A stretch of 64,000 nucleotides of DNA from Anaerotignum sp. (GTDB taxonomy: Bacteria > Bacillota > Clostridia > Oscillospirales > Butyricicoccaceae), in the NCBI GenBank assembly GCA_963620595.1, contig CAVFAY010000005.1, forward strand, positions 52,187 to 116,186. Reading direction: 5' to 3'. This document shows positions 29,707 through 39,700 of this stretch, piece by piece. Position 1 is the first letter of the stretch. Each line of letters opens with the position of its first letter. The position numbers and the translations under genes were made by a program. The notes beneath the pieces were generated by a model. It did no database searches and was not told the origin of the DNA. It saw only the letters and a list, made by a program, of their open reading frames with translations.

Positions 29707-30807
29707 TTGGACAAAAAATATCGGGGATATATATGGTGGATGACAATACTTATTGCGGGCTTGCTGTTACTTTTATGCAGCGGAATAATTTTGCGCGGAA
29801 TCGTCAGCATTACGCAATTATTCCGCACCTTTTTACTGGGCATTATCATCGCCTTCGTACTTAATCTGCCCAGCGAATGGATCCGAAATTTTTTGATAGA
29901 GAAAGCCAAATGGCGGGACAAACCGGCAAAAGTCGTTGGCATAATAGGAGCGTATCTGTTTGTAGTTACTCTGCTTGCAGCTGTAATTGGGATTGTAATT
30001 CCGCAGCTCATTGACAGCGTCCAAGCCTTTGCGCTGAATATAGATGGATATTTGAGCCATTTACAGTGGGAATTGGATCGCATCACTACACCGCTTGGCT
30101 TGCAGCGCATAGACCTGAGCAATCTTATGCAGCTGGTTCATGCGGGATTAGGAAAAATAGATACCGCTGTTGTGCCGCATATTTTATCCGTCACGGAAAC
30201 TATGCTGCGTGCGTTGGGAACGTTGGCCATTGGCATTGCCTTTTCCGCGTACTTATTGGCGGGGAAAAAGCGTATTTTGGCGCAAATTCGGCGCGTCTTG
30301 CGTGCATATCTGCCGCAGCAGACGTATGAGTGTGTACACGATATTTTACGCGTCATTGTCGATTGCTTTCGCAATTATTTAATTGGACAGACAACGGAAG
30401 CTGTGATTTTGGGCAGTCTGTGTTTTGTCGGGATGCTGATTCTCCGATTGGAATATGCCGGTGTTGTCAGCGTTGTGGTAGGCATCACAGCAATGATCCC
30501 GATTTTGGGAGCATATATCGGCGGTATGGTCGCAGTAGTACTGCTGTTTATGATTTCACCATGGAAAGCCATCGTGTTTTTGATGTTCTTTGTTATTTTG
30601 CAGCAGATTGAAAACAATGTCATTTATCCGCGGGTAGTCGGCGGTCGCCTGGGTCTGCCGGGCATTTGGGTACTATTGGCCATTACAGTCGGCGGACAAA
30701 TCGGCGGCGTAGTAGGGATGCTGTTCGGTGTACCGATTACCACGGTACTGTACACTCTGCTTCGCAACAGTGTGCGCAGCAGAGAAGACAAAAAAAGTTC
30801 CCGCTGA
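29707..30807 (+). CDS. AI-2E family transporter
   Basis: IAFVLNLP, YLIGQ, IPILGAYIG, LQQIENNVIYPRVVG..LGLP; start TTG 29707 or GTG 29698. Confidence 0.9.
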   Translation: MDKKYRGYIWWMTILIAGLLLLLCSGIILRGIVSITQLFRTFLLGIIIAFVLNLPSEWIRNFLIEKAKWRDKPAKVVGIIGAYLFVVTLLAAVIGIVIPQLIDSVQAFALNIDGYLSHLQWELDRITTPLGLQRIDLSNLMQLVHAGLGKIDTAVVPHILSVTETMLRALGTLAIGIAFSAYLLAGKKRILAQIRRVLRAYLPQQTYECVHDILRVIVDCFRNYLIGQTTEAVILGSLCFVGMLILRLEYAGVVSVVVGITAMIPILGAYIGGMVAVVLLFMISPWKAIVFLMFFVILQQIENNVIYPRVVGGRLGLPGIWVLLAITVGGQIGGVVGMLFGVPITTVLYTLLRNSVRSREDKKSSR

Positions 30808-30820
30808 GGGAACTTTTTTT
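30790..30820. terminator. Bidirectional intrinsic terminator
   Basis: AAAAAAAGTTCCC-gctga-GGGAACTTTTTTT. Confidence 0.8.
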
Positions 30821-31655
30821 AGTCTATCCGAAATGGTTCGAGGACTTCGTTCATGCGTTGAATATTCTGAACAACGCGGTCTTTTTGTCGAATGGCAATG
30901 CTGACATACAGACTGTCGATGAGGGAAAACTGTGCTACGCGCGGAGAGACAAACAACTGCTCCGGCGAATATAGCTCCAGACAAATATCCGAGGATTTTT
31001 TGAGCGGTGTGTTGGGATAGCCGGTAATACCGATGGTTTTTGCGCCGTATTCCCTGGCAGTGGCGAGTGCAGAGACAATTTCATGTGTTTTACCGGTGTG
31101 TGAAATGCCGATCATGACGGTAGAAGCATCGCATTGTCCGGCTCGAATTTGCATCAAATGAGAGTCGGTGAGCGATTCTGCGCGAATGCCAATGCGCATC
31201 AGCCGAATATAGAAATCTTCGGCAATCGTGCCGGAGGCGCCGACACCGGCGATGAGAATGCAGGAGGCTTGACTGAGAACCGCGGCGGCGCGATCAATTT
31301 TGTCAAAGTCAAGCAGACTCAATGCGCGCTCCAGCGTGTCGATGTTTCGCGCAAAGACATTCTTGGTGATGGATTCTACCGTATCGTTTTCCGAAAGATC
31401 TTCAAAAATCGTATGTACTGCTTTGGAAGCATATTTGGCAAGCAGCAGTTTCATCTCGCTGAAACCGGAGCATCCCACCAGCTTGCAAAATCGAACAATA
31501 CTCGATTCTGCGATGCCGAGTTCCCGCGCCGCCTGCTGTACACTGATCTCTGTGACATGAGCGGGATCATCCAACACAAAGTCAGCAATTTTTTTGCTGA
31601 CCTTGGAAAAGGACGAATATTGTGATTTTATCGCTGCATAAGGGTTCTTTTTCAT
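30819..31655 (-). CDS. MurR/RpiR-family regulator (HTH + SIS)
   Basis: KIADFVL..ISVQQAARELGIAESSIVRFCK..GFSEMK; GVGAS; ISHTG. Confidence 0.92.
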   Translation of the reverse strand: MKKNPYAAIKSQYSSFSKVSKKIADFVLDDPAHVTEISVQQAARELGIAESSIVRFCKLVGCSGFSEMKLLLAKYASKAVHTIFEDLSENDTVESITKNVFARNIDTLERALSLLDFDKIDRAAAVLSQASCILIAGVGASGTIAEDFYIRLMRIGIRAESLTDSHLMQIRAGQCDASTVMIGISHTGKTHEIVSALATAREYGAKTIGITGYPNTPLKKSSDICLELYSPEQLFVSPRVAQFSLIDSLYVSIAIRQKDRVVQNIQRMNEVLEPFRID

Positions 31656-31732
31656 GCCGAACCTCCTAGATTTTCATCGTTGATAGGAATATTATACCAC
31701 ATGTTTGGCAGCTTGTGTAGAATGCACAAAAA

Positions 31733-31791
31733 TGAACAATATTCTTTTTGCAACTTGGATTATTGAATTTTATTCGATAAGGTGCTATACT
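31733..31791 (+). promoter_or_regulatory. sigmaA promoter with two TGAA-N5-TTC sites (putative RpiR operators)
   Basis: TGAACAATATTC 31733-31744; TGAATTTTATTC 31764-31775 overlapping -35 TTGAAT; -10 TATACT 31786-31791, 17-bp spacer. Confidence 0.45.
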
Positions 31792-31878
31792 AGGGTCAGT
31801 CAAAGAGAGGTGCCATTGCAGAGAACGTCTGCAATTGTCCGGACGGTATCTCCGTGTACAGGAAAGGATTGAGAAAAA

Positions 31879-33282
31879 ATGGGCAACTCGAAAAATCCGA
31901 CGTTTGCCGGCGATAAGGAATTTGAAAAAATTCATTTGAAAGAAAAATTCTCGTATGGCCTCGGTGATGTCGCGTGCAACGTTGTTTATGCATTGACAAC
32001 GTCTCTGCTGATTTACTTCTACACCAACGTAGTCGGTATTTCAGCGGCTATGGTTGGTACCATCATGTTGGTATCCAGATTTTTTGACGGTTTATCCGAT
32101 GTCTTGATTGGACATTTGGTAGACCGAACACATTCGAAACACGGTAAATCCAGAGCTTGGATTTTATGGATGATGATTCCGTATGGCATTGCAGCGGTTT
32201 TGCTGTTTACCGTTCCGCCTGCTACGCCGATCGTCAAAGGCATTTATGTATTTATTACTTATAACTTCTGCACGACCGTTGTATATACCGCATTGAATCT
32301 GCCGTATGCAACGCTGGCAACCCTGATGACCCGTGATACCGATCAGCGTGCGGTTGTCAATCTGTTCCGTACCGGCATGTCCGCGATCGGCAATATGATT
32401 ATCACAGCGATTACTTTTCCGCTGGTCACCATGCTGGGCGATACGCAGCAGGCTTGGATAGAGCTTTCCGTTGTCTATGCTATCGTTTCGATTGTCATGC
32501 TGATGATCTGCTTCAAAAACTGCCATGAGCGTGTTGTCGAAGAGACCAAAACCAAGGACGGCAAGAACGTGCCACTGCTTATGGGCATCAAGCTTTGTGT
32601 GACCAATAAATACTTTATTATGTTCTTCCTGCTGGCAGTATTTCTTTCCTTTTATGAAGCTGTCACAGGTACTTGCAACGCATACTATGCGCAGTATATT
32701 CTGGGCAATCGTGATTTGCTCGGTGCACTGGCTTCATTTGAATCCATTCCGCAGGTTATCACGGTATTGGTTCTTTCCCCGTTCATTGCAAAATTTGGCA
32801 AGCGAAATGTAGCCCTTATCGGCGCGATTGTCGCTGTCATTGGCACCATATCGCTGTTCTTGAATCCAAGCGCATTGAATCTGGCACTATTTGCCTGCGT
32901 CATGCGCGGTATTGGCAAGGGCTGCTTCCGCGGTGTAAAATATTCTATGCTGGCTGATGTCATCGAGTATGGCGCTTGGAAGAGCGGCATTCGCGTACAG
33001 GGCTTGATGGTATCCGCAACGACTGCCGGTCAGAAGTTTGGCTCCGGCATGACCAGTGCGATCTTTGGCGCATTAATGTCTCTCGTAGGGTTTGCCGGCA
33101 CAGCAACCATCAATGCTGCACAGTCTCAAATGCTGATTGGCATTTATATCATCGGCAACATCATTGCTTGGGGTGGTATTGGCATTCTGCTTCTGTTCTA
33201 CAAGCTGGATAAGATTTATCCGCGTATCATCACCGAGATGAAGCAGCGCGAAGCAGCAGAGGCTTCTGCACAGCAGGCATAA
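31879..33282 (+). CDS. Glycoside-pentoside-hexuronide (GPH) cation symporter
   Basis: EKFSYGLGD, SRFFDGLSD..IG..VDRT..KHGKSR, NLPY, MLADVIEYG. Confidence 0.92.
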   Translation: MGNSKNPTFAGDKEFEKIHLKEKFSYGLGDVACNVVYALTTSLLIYFYTNVVGISAAMVGTIMLVSRFFDGLSDVLIGHLVDRTHSKHGKSRAWILWMMIPYGIAAVLLFTVPPATPIVKGIYVFITYNFCTTVVYTALNLPYATLATLMTRDTDQRAVVNLFRTGMSAIGNMIITAITFPLVTMLGDTQQAWIELSVVYAIVSIVMLMICFKNCHERVVEETKTKDGKNVPLLMGIKLCVTNKYFIMFFLLAVFLSFYEAVTGTCNAYYAQYILGNRDLLGALASFESIPQVITVLVLSPFIAKFGKRNVALIGAIVAVIGTISLFLNPSALNLALFACVMRGIGKGCFRGVKYSMLADVIEYGAWKSGIRVQGLMVSATTAGQKFGSGMTSAIFGALMSLVGFAGTATINAAQSQMLIGIYIIGNIIAWGGIGILLLFYKLDKIYPRIITEMKQREAAEASAQQA

Positions 33283-33304
33283 GAAAATTTCCTTCTTTTT
33301 CCCC

Positions 33305-33340
33305 TCAGCCGACAGAATGTGCAAGCATTCTGTCGGCTGA
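33305..33340 (+). other. Perfect 15-bp intercistronic hairpin without U-tract
   Basis: TCAGCCGACAGAATG-tgcaag-CATTCTGTCGGCTGA. Confidence 0.7.
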
Positions 33341-33392
33341 CTCTCTCAAGAGAAAACATTGCGAATTGTAACATCAGAAAGGTGTGTTGAAT

Positions 33393-34433
33393 ATGGAAGC
33401 GATGTCCTATGAAACGCGTATTGCGCTTGGCAATCAGGTGCCGGATCTCGGACAGTTCCGCGTCATGGAGAAAATTCCACAGTATCAAACCTGTGAAGTA
33501 CATAATTTGGTTTCGGCGCCCAAAACGGTACCGGAGACCCTTGAGCATGTGGTATTCAATATTGAACGCGGCGTGACACTGCATGAAACCATTGATTTTC
33601 TCAAGATGTGTCCGGATCTCCGCGATATGGATGTTATTTATGCCAATGAGCTGGATGACGGCGCAGAACGCTCCGGAAACCAGAATGTTGCCATGGAAAT
33701 CGCAAAGGCAATCGGTATGAACTATGCATATGGCTTGGAATTCATTGAATTGGTCAATCCGCATGATAAAAAGGGATTTCATGGCAATGCTTTGTTTTCT
33801 CGCTGGCCGATTCGCTGGGCAAAGGCCGTACACCTGCCGGAACAGTACAATTGGTATTTTGATCGACAGAAGCGCATCGGTGCACGTGTTGGCATTATTT
33901 GCTCGTTAGATGTCGGCGGACGGGAAGTCGGTGCTGTCGTTGTACACTTAGAGAACCGCACGGACAGCGAAGGACGTGCCGCACAGATGGACGCAGTTTA
34001 TCAGGAAATCCAGCGGTCGTTTGCGCCGGATGTACCTGTCATGATTGGCGGCGATCTGAATACAAATACCTTTGACGGCAATGATATTCCTGGCTTTACT
34101 AAGCTGTTCAACGATCCGAAGCGATTGTCTGAGCACATGGCACAGGTAGAAAAATATGAACGTGCCCTGTCGCAGGCAGAAGAGCACGGTTTCTCCTATC
34201 ATGAATTCAGCAGCACAGAAGGCACCAGACGCAAGCCTATGCCGAACGGCGCGTGTATGTTACTCAAGTTGGATTGGCTGATGGCTCGCGGTATGATTTG
34301 CGAAGCTCACGGTACTATTTCGACGGAGAGTAAAGACTGCACATGGGCAGTACCGGGCAGTGCGCTGGCACAATTTACTGGAAAAGAGCTGTCTGACCAC
34401 AATGCTTGCTGGGCAGTCTGCAAATTTCAATAA
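33393..34433 (+). CDS. Endonuclease/exonuclease/phosphatase (EEP) family protein
   Basis: FNIERG, NELD, GNALFSRWP, HLE, GGDLNT, LDW, SDH; no signal peptide. Confidence 0.88.
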   Translation: MEAMSYETRIALGNQVPDLGQFRVMEKIPQYQTCEVHNLVSAPKTVPETLEHVVFNIERGVTLHETIDFLKMCPDLRDMDVIYANELDDGAERSGNQNVAMEIAKAIGMNYAYGLEFIELVNPHDKKGFHGNALFSRWPIRWAKAVHLPEQYNWYFDRQKRIGARVGIICSLDVGGREVGAVVVHLENRTDSEGRAAQMDAVYQEIQRSFAPDVPVMIGGDLNTNTFDGNDIPGFTKLFNDPKRLSEHMAQVEKYERALSQAEEHGFSYHEFSSTEGTRRKPMPNGACMLLKLDWLMARGMICEAHGTISTESKDCTWAVPGSALAQFTGKELSDHNACWAVCKFQ

Positions 34434-34473
34434 ATTTGCGCATAGATTCTAAGAGAAAGGAGACGAATCAGCG

Positions 34474-35199
34474 ATGGGTGATATACTGCAATATCTGCGG
34501 GAGTTTCATTTTGCTTCGGTTGTGCTGCGTCTGCTGCTGGCGATGATTATTGGTGGCTGTATTGGACTGGAACGCGGGCGAAAACGAAGACCGGCAGGAT
34601 TTCGCACGTATATGTTGGTTTGTCTCGGCGCTACGCTTACCGTGCTGCTCAGTCAGTATGAATTTACGATGGTACAGGGGCCTTGGCGAGAGTTGGCGCA
34701 GCAGATTGGCATCAAAACCGATGTGTCGCGTTTCGGCGCACAGGTCATCAACGGCATCGGCTTTCTGGGTGCCGGTACGATTTTGGTCACAGGACATCAG
34801 CAGGTGACAGGACTGACGACAGCTGCCGGTCTGTGGGCATCTGCCTGTACGGGTCTGGCGGTTGGCGCGGGCTTTTATGAATGCGTTTTGATTGCGTTTC
34901 CACTGATTTTTTTGAGCATTCGCGTGTTCCCGATTGTCGATGTGATGATTCAGGAATTTTCCCGCGACATCAATTTATATATTGAATTTTCTTCGATGAA
35001 TCAAGTGGGAAATATCATCAATCATTTGAAAGCACAGGATGTGCAGATTTACGAGGTGGATATAGAGCGCGGCAGAGAAAAGCAATCGCGCAATCCCAGT
35101 GCATTCTTTTCCGTTCGCATGAATCAGAAACAGACACATAGTCAACTGCTGTCGAATCTTGCTGGTTTAGATGGTATTTGCGTGATTGAAGAAATTTAA
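34474..35199 (+). CDS. MgtC/SapB family protein (copy 1)
   Basis: IGLERG..RPAGFRTYMLV; RFGAQVINGIGFLGAG; GLTTAAGLW. Confidence 0.92.
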   Translation: MGDILQYLREFHFASVVLRLLLAMIIGGCIGLERGRKRRPAGFRTYMLVCLGATLTVLLSQYEFTMVQGPWRELAQQIGIKTDVSRFGAQVINGIGFLGAGTILVTGHQQVTGLTTAAGLWASACTGLAVGAGFYECVLIAFPLIFLSIRVFPIVDVMIQEFSRDINLYIEFSSMNQVGNIINHLKAQDVQIYEVDIERGREKQSRNPSAFFSVRMNQKQTHSQLLSNLAGLDGICVIEEI

Positions 35200-35212
35200 G
35201 GAGGCGTTTCCC

Positions 35213-35905
35213 ATGCTATCTATGTTTGACGGTTTGCGGGAAGTTACGCTGACCTCTGTGTTTGTTCGGCTCACATTAGCTGTGCTGTGTGGCGGCATCA
35301 TTGGCATGGAACGTTCCTATAAACGTCGGCCGGCGGGATTTCGCACGCATATTTTGATTTGCATCGGCGCGTCAATTACCACGTTGACGAGCCAATATTT
35401 GTACTTAAATATGCATTATTTTACCGACATGGCGCGTTTGGGTGCGCAGGTAGTTGCCGGCATTGGTTTTATCGGTGCGGGTACAATTATCGTCACGCGC
35501 AGACAGCGTGTCAAAGGCCTCACGACAGCCGCCGGACTTTGGACGTGTGCCATTATCGGTCTTGCCTTTGGCGGCGGATTTTATGAGGGCGGCATTTTGA
35601 CAACGGTACTCATCATGGCGGCTGAACTGGTATTTTCCAGGCTGGAATACCGCGTATTAGAAAATGTACCGGAAATCAATCTGTATATGGAATATACCGG
35701 AAAGAGCTGTCTCGATCAAGTGCTGCAATTGTATCGTGATAATAACATCAAACTGCTAAACATTCAAATCACCCGTTCTACCGGCAGCAAAAAGCACAAC
35801 GCCTGCGCGATTTTCTCGCTGCGCCTGCCGCATGGATGCGGTGTCAGCCGCGTGCTCAAGACAGTCGGAGACACCGAGGGTGTAATCTCGGTAGAAGAAT
35901 TATAA
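35213..35905 (+). CDS. MgtC/SapB family protein (copy 2)
   Basis: IGMERS..RPAGFRTHILI; RLGAQVVAGIGFIGAG; GLTTAAGLW. Confidence 0.92.
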   Translation: MLSMFDGLREVTLTSVFVRLTLAVLCGGIIGMERSYKRRPAGFRTHILICIGASITTLTSQYLYLNMHYFTDMARLGAQVVAGIGFIGAGTIIVTRRQRVKGLTTAAGLWTCAIIGLAFGGGFYEGGILTTVLIMAAELVFSRLEYRVLENVPEINLYMEYTGKSCLDQVLQLYRDNNIKLLNIQITRSTGSKKHNACAIFSLRLPHGCGVSRVLKTVGDTEGVISVEEL

Positions 35906-35956
35906 CTATTGCTTGTTTCCTAAATCCTATATTTATTATTATAAAACTCTTCACAA

Positions 35957-35985
35957 CAAAAGGCTCCTGAAAAGGGAGCCTTTTG
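35957..35985. terminator. Intrinsic terminator
   Basis: CAAAAGGCTCC-tgaaaag-GGAGCCTTTTG. Confidence 0.75.
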
Positions 35986-36101
35986 GCATATAGCAGTGTA
36001 CAATTAGTCGCGGGAAAGAGTATAAGTTGTTTTGCCAACGGTAAAACTCAACTATGGAATAAAAATATGGGCGATATTTATATAATCTTAATCTGTCTAA
36101 A

Positions 36102-36599
36102 TCAAAAGATAATTTGGTAAATACTTAAATCTAAATATCTGCCGAACTTTTTTCCGCATTTGCGGATGATGCCGCACGGCATAAAGCCGAAGGTTTCGTG
36201 CAGATGAATGCTGACTGTGTTTTCGCTCGTGATAAGAGAAACAACCGTGTCAATGTCCGGCTGCTGCTCGGCAAAGGCAAGGATTTTCTGCATGAGCTGC
36301 GAGCCGATGTGCTGCCCGCGAAAATCGGGATGCAGATAAATAGAAATTTCCGCCGCGCCATCAAATGCCGGCCGTTCCCGATAACGGGAGAGAGACGCAT
36401 AACCGGCAATGACATCGTCTATTTCATAGACAAGCAACAGATATTTTCCTCCTTGATGCGCCTGAAACCACGCAAGGCAGTCGGCGTCATTGCGGGGAAA
36501 CAGATCAAATGTTGCTGTAGAATGCAGGACGGAATCATTATAAATATTCTTTAGCTGCGGCAGATCGGCAAGCTGGGCTTTGCGGATCAGATTTGACAT
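36102..36599 (-). CDS. GNAT N-acetyltransferase (YncA/PAT-like)
   Basis: IYN..V.HSTATFD; EISIYLHPDFRGQHIG; N..SIHLHETFGF; GKKFGRYLD. Confidence 0.9.
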   Translation of the reverse strand: MSNLIRKAQLADLPQLKNIYNDSVLHSTATFDLFPRNDADCLAWFQAHQGGKYLLLVYEIDDVIAGYASLSRYRERPAFDGAAEISIYLHPDFRGQHIGSQLMQKILAFAEQQPDIDTVVSLITSENTVSIHLHETFGFMPCGIIRKCGKKFGRYLDLSIYQIIF

Positions 36600-36700
36600 G
36601 GAAAACACCTCGTTGCGTGATAAGATACCTGTATAGTACTGCAAAACGAAACAATTGTCCAATTTGGTGTTTGTTTCCTGTCTCAAAAGGGGAAAATAAT

Positions 36701-36751
36701 TTGACGGAGACTGCGTCGTATGCTACACTAAGCTAAAACCGACTGGTCGGT
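36701..36751 (+). promoter_or_regulatory. sigmaA promoter plus TetR-type operator
   Basis: TTGACG-17-TACACT followed by near-palindrome ACCGACTGGTCGGT (36738-36751). Confidence 0.65.
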
Positions 36752-36778
36752 CGGAAATCAATCTACAGGAGGGACACA

Positions 36779-39700
36779 ATGCCAACAGTCAGCGTAAAGA
36801 AACCATTTACTGTTTTGGTCGGCATCATATTGGTGCTTGTGCTCGGCGTGGTAGCGTTTACTAAAATGACAACAGATTTGTTGCCAAATATGGACTTGCC
36901 GTATATGGTCGTATATGCGACAGATCCGGGTGCTTCGCCGGAGTCCGTTGAGGGAGAAGTGACCAAGCCTTTGGAATCGGCACTCGGCAGTACGACGGGA
37001 CTAAAAAATATTACATCAACATCCAATGAAAATGTCGGCGTTGTCATTCTCGAATTTGAACAGGGAACCGATATGAATGCGGTTAGCATCGAGATGAGCA
37101 ATACCATTGACCAGATTAAGGGAAATCTGCCGGAAAATTCCGGTACACCGGTGATGATGCAGATTACACCGGATATGATGCCGGTTCTTGTAGCCAGCGT
37201 TGATGTAGACGGCAAAGATGCGAAGGAAGTCTCCCAGTATGTTAGCGATGAACTGATGCCGGGCTTTGAGCGTCTGGACGGTGTGGCTTCGGTCAGCACG
37301 ACGGGTCTTATCACACCGGAAGTACAGGTTGTGCTGGATCAGGATAAAATTGATGCGGTCAATGACAAGGTGCTGGCATCTGTGGATCAAAGTCTTGCAG
37401 ACGCGAAAAAGCAGTTGGATGACAGCCAGACACAGATAGATGATGCCAAGGCACAGCTCAATTCCGGCAAGTCCAAGCTGGACAGCTCGGCAGATGAAGC
37501 CTCGAAACAGCTGGCGCAGGCGAGTGCGCAGGTGGATTCTGCAACAGCACAGCTCAATGCGCTGTTATCGCAAGAGACCACGCTCAAAGCCAATCAGGCG
37601 GCATATCAGGCCGAGCAGAAAGCCTTGCAGCAGTATGCAGATATGCATGACTCGGTCAATATGCTTGGCATTATGATCGTTGCCTATGATTTTACCGGCA
37701 CCGTACCGGAAATCAGCGGCGTGCCGTCATCGGAGGATTTGGCGGCACTGGCGCAGAATTCCGCCCAGATGTTAGAAGCACTCAAAGATCCGGCGACATA
37801 TATCGGCGGCATGAGCGATGAAAACTACGCGAAAGCCATGCAGGCTGTACAGGGCATGATGCAGAACGTTGCGCCGAATCAGGATATGTCTCAGCTGCTG
37901 AGCTTGTCGCGAGCAGATTTTGCCAAGCTCGTGCAGACCACGGCATATGCTTCCCAGCGCGTACAGGAAATCACGGCGGCACTCAATGACGTAAATACCC
38001 AGTTGGCAGCAGCAGAGGCGATGAAGCCGCAGCTGCAGCAGGCATTGGATCAGGCAAACACCGCATATGAAAAAGTGGAAGCGGGCAAGATGAATGCTAC
38101 GCTGAGTATGGCAGAGGGTGCATCAGAAATTTCTATCGGCAAGGCATCCTTGGAGAGCGCACAGAAACAGCTGGATTCTGCGGTAGAAGAATTTGAAAAA
38201 TCTCGCGATCAGGCGTATGAATCAGCGGACATCAGCGGCATTATTACTGCGGATATGATTAGCAAGATTCTCATTGCGGAAAACTTTGAGATGCCGGCGG
38301 GCTATATCTCGGACAGCAGTGACAACTCATATGTCTTGAAAGTCGGAGAAAAGTATGATTCTGTTGAGGATTTGTCCGATATGGTTCTGTTCCATATGGA
38401 TACTGGAGACATTGGAGATATTCACCTGTCAGATGTAGCGGAAGTCAAATACGCGGATCAGAATGCAGATACATCGTATGCCAAGGTAAACGGCAACGAT
38501 GCTGTCGTGCTCAGTTTTTCTAAGCAGTCCACGGCATCAACGTCTGCGGTTTCCGAGGCGATCAATGATAAAATCAATGAACTGCAAGACAGCAACAGCA
38601 AGCTGCACATCACACCGCTGATGGATCAGGGCGATTATATTCAGCTGATTGTCAGCAGTGTGCTGTCAAATCTGGTTTACGGCGGTTTGCTCGCCGTGCT
38701 TGTCTTGCTGCTGTTCCTGCGCGATATTCGTCCAACCATTATTATCGCGTTCAGCATCCCGCTCAGTGTGCTGTTTGCGATTGTGCTCATGTATTTTAGC
38801 AACATGACGCTGAATATTATTTCGCTGTCTGGCTTGGCGCTTGGTGTTGGCATGTTGGTCGATAATTCCATTGTCGTTATTGAGAATATTTACCGTCTGC
38901 GCAATCTTGGCGTTCCGGCGGCAAAGGCAGCAGTGCAGGGCGCAAAACAGATGAGCGGAGCGATTTTTGCTTCGACGCTGACAACGGTGTGTGTGTTCCT
39001 TCCGATTGTGTTCACACAGGGCATCACCAAACAGCTGTTTGCTGATATGGGCTTGACGATAGCGTATTCGTTGTCTGCATCGTTTATCGTTGCATTAACG
39101 GTCGTTCCGGCAATGAGTGCAAATCTGATGAAAAAAGAAAAAGTCGTCACACACAAGCGGTTTGACGGCTTCCTGCGCGGTTATGAGAAGGTGCTGCGCT
39201 GGTGCCTGTCGCATCGTGCCGTGACACTGCTCGCTGTGACAGTGTTGTTGGTCGTATCTGTCGCAGCAACAGCGGCAAAGGGCATGATTTTCATGCCGTC
39301 TATGTCCTCAGAGCAGATGAGTGCGACGATGACCATGCCTGCTGGCTCAGATGATACAGAGATGCAGGCGATGGCAGATAAGGCAATGAAAATCATGCGC
39401 AAGGTAGACGGCGTCAAAACCGTCGGTGCGATGGCTGGCGGCTCAGACATGACGTCTATGATGAGTTCCAACAGCAATAGTGTTTCGTTCTATCTGATTC
39501 TCGATGAGGGAGCAGACAACGAGGCGATTGCGAATGAAATCACAAAAAAGACGAAAAATCTAGACTGTGATATGAGTGTTTCCGCGTCCAATATGGACTT
39601 GGGGTCGTACATGGGCACCGGTGTACAGGTCGATATTTACGGCGATGACCTGGACGAGCTGCAAAAGGTTTCTGCGGATCTTGCGAAAAAGATGAAAAAG

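Noticed and set aside
28405..36611. Identical 15-mer CATGGAAAACACCTC at 28405 and 36597
   Set aside because: Mostly RBS plus start codon; no further shared flanking sequence.
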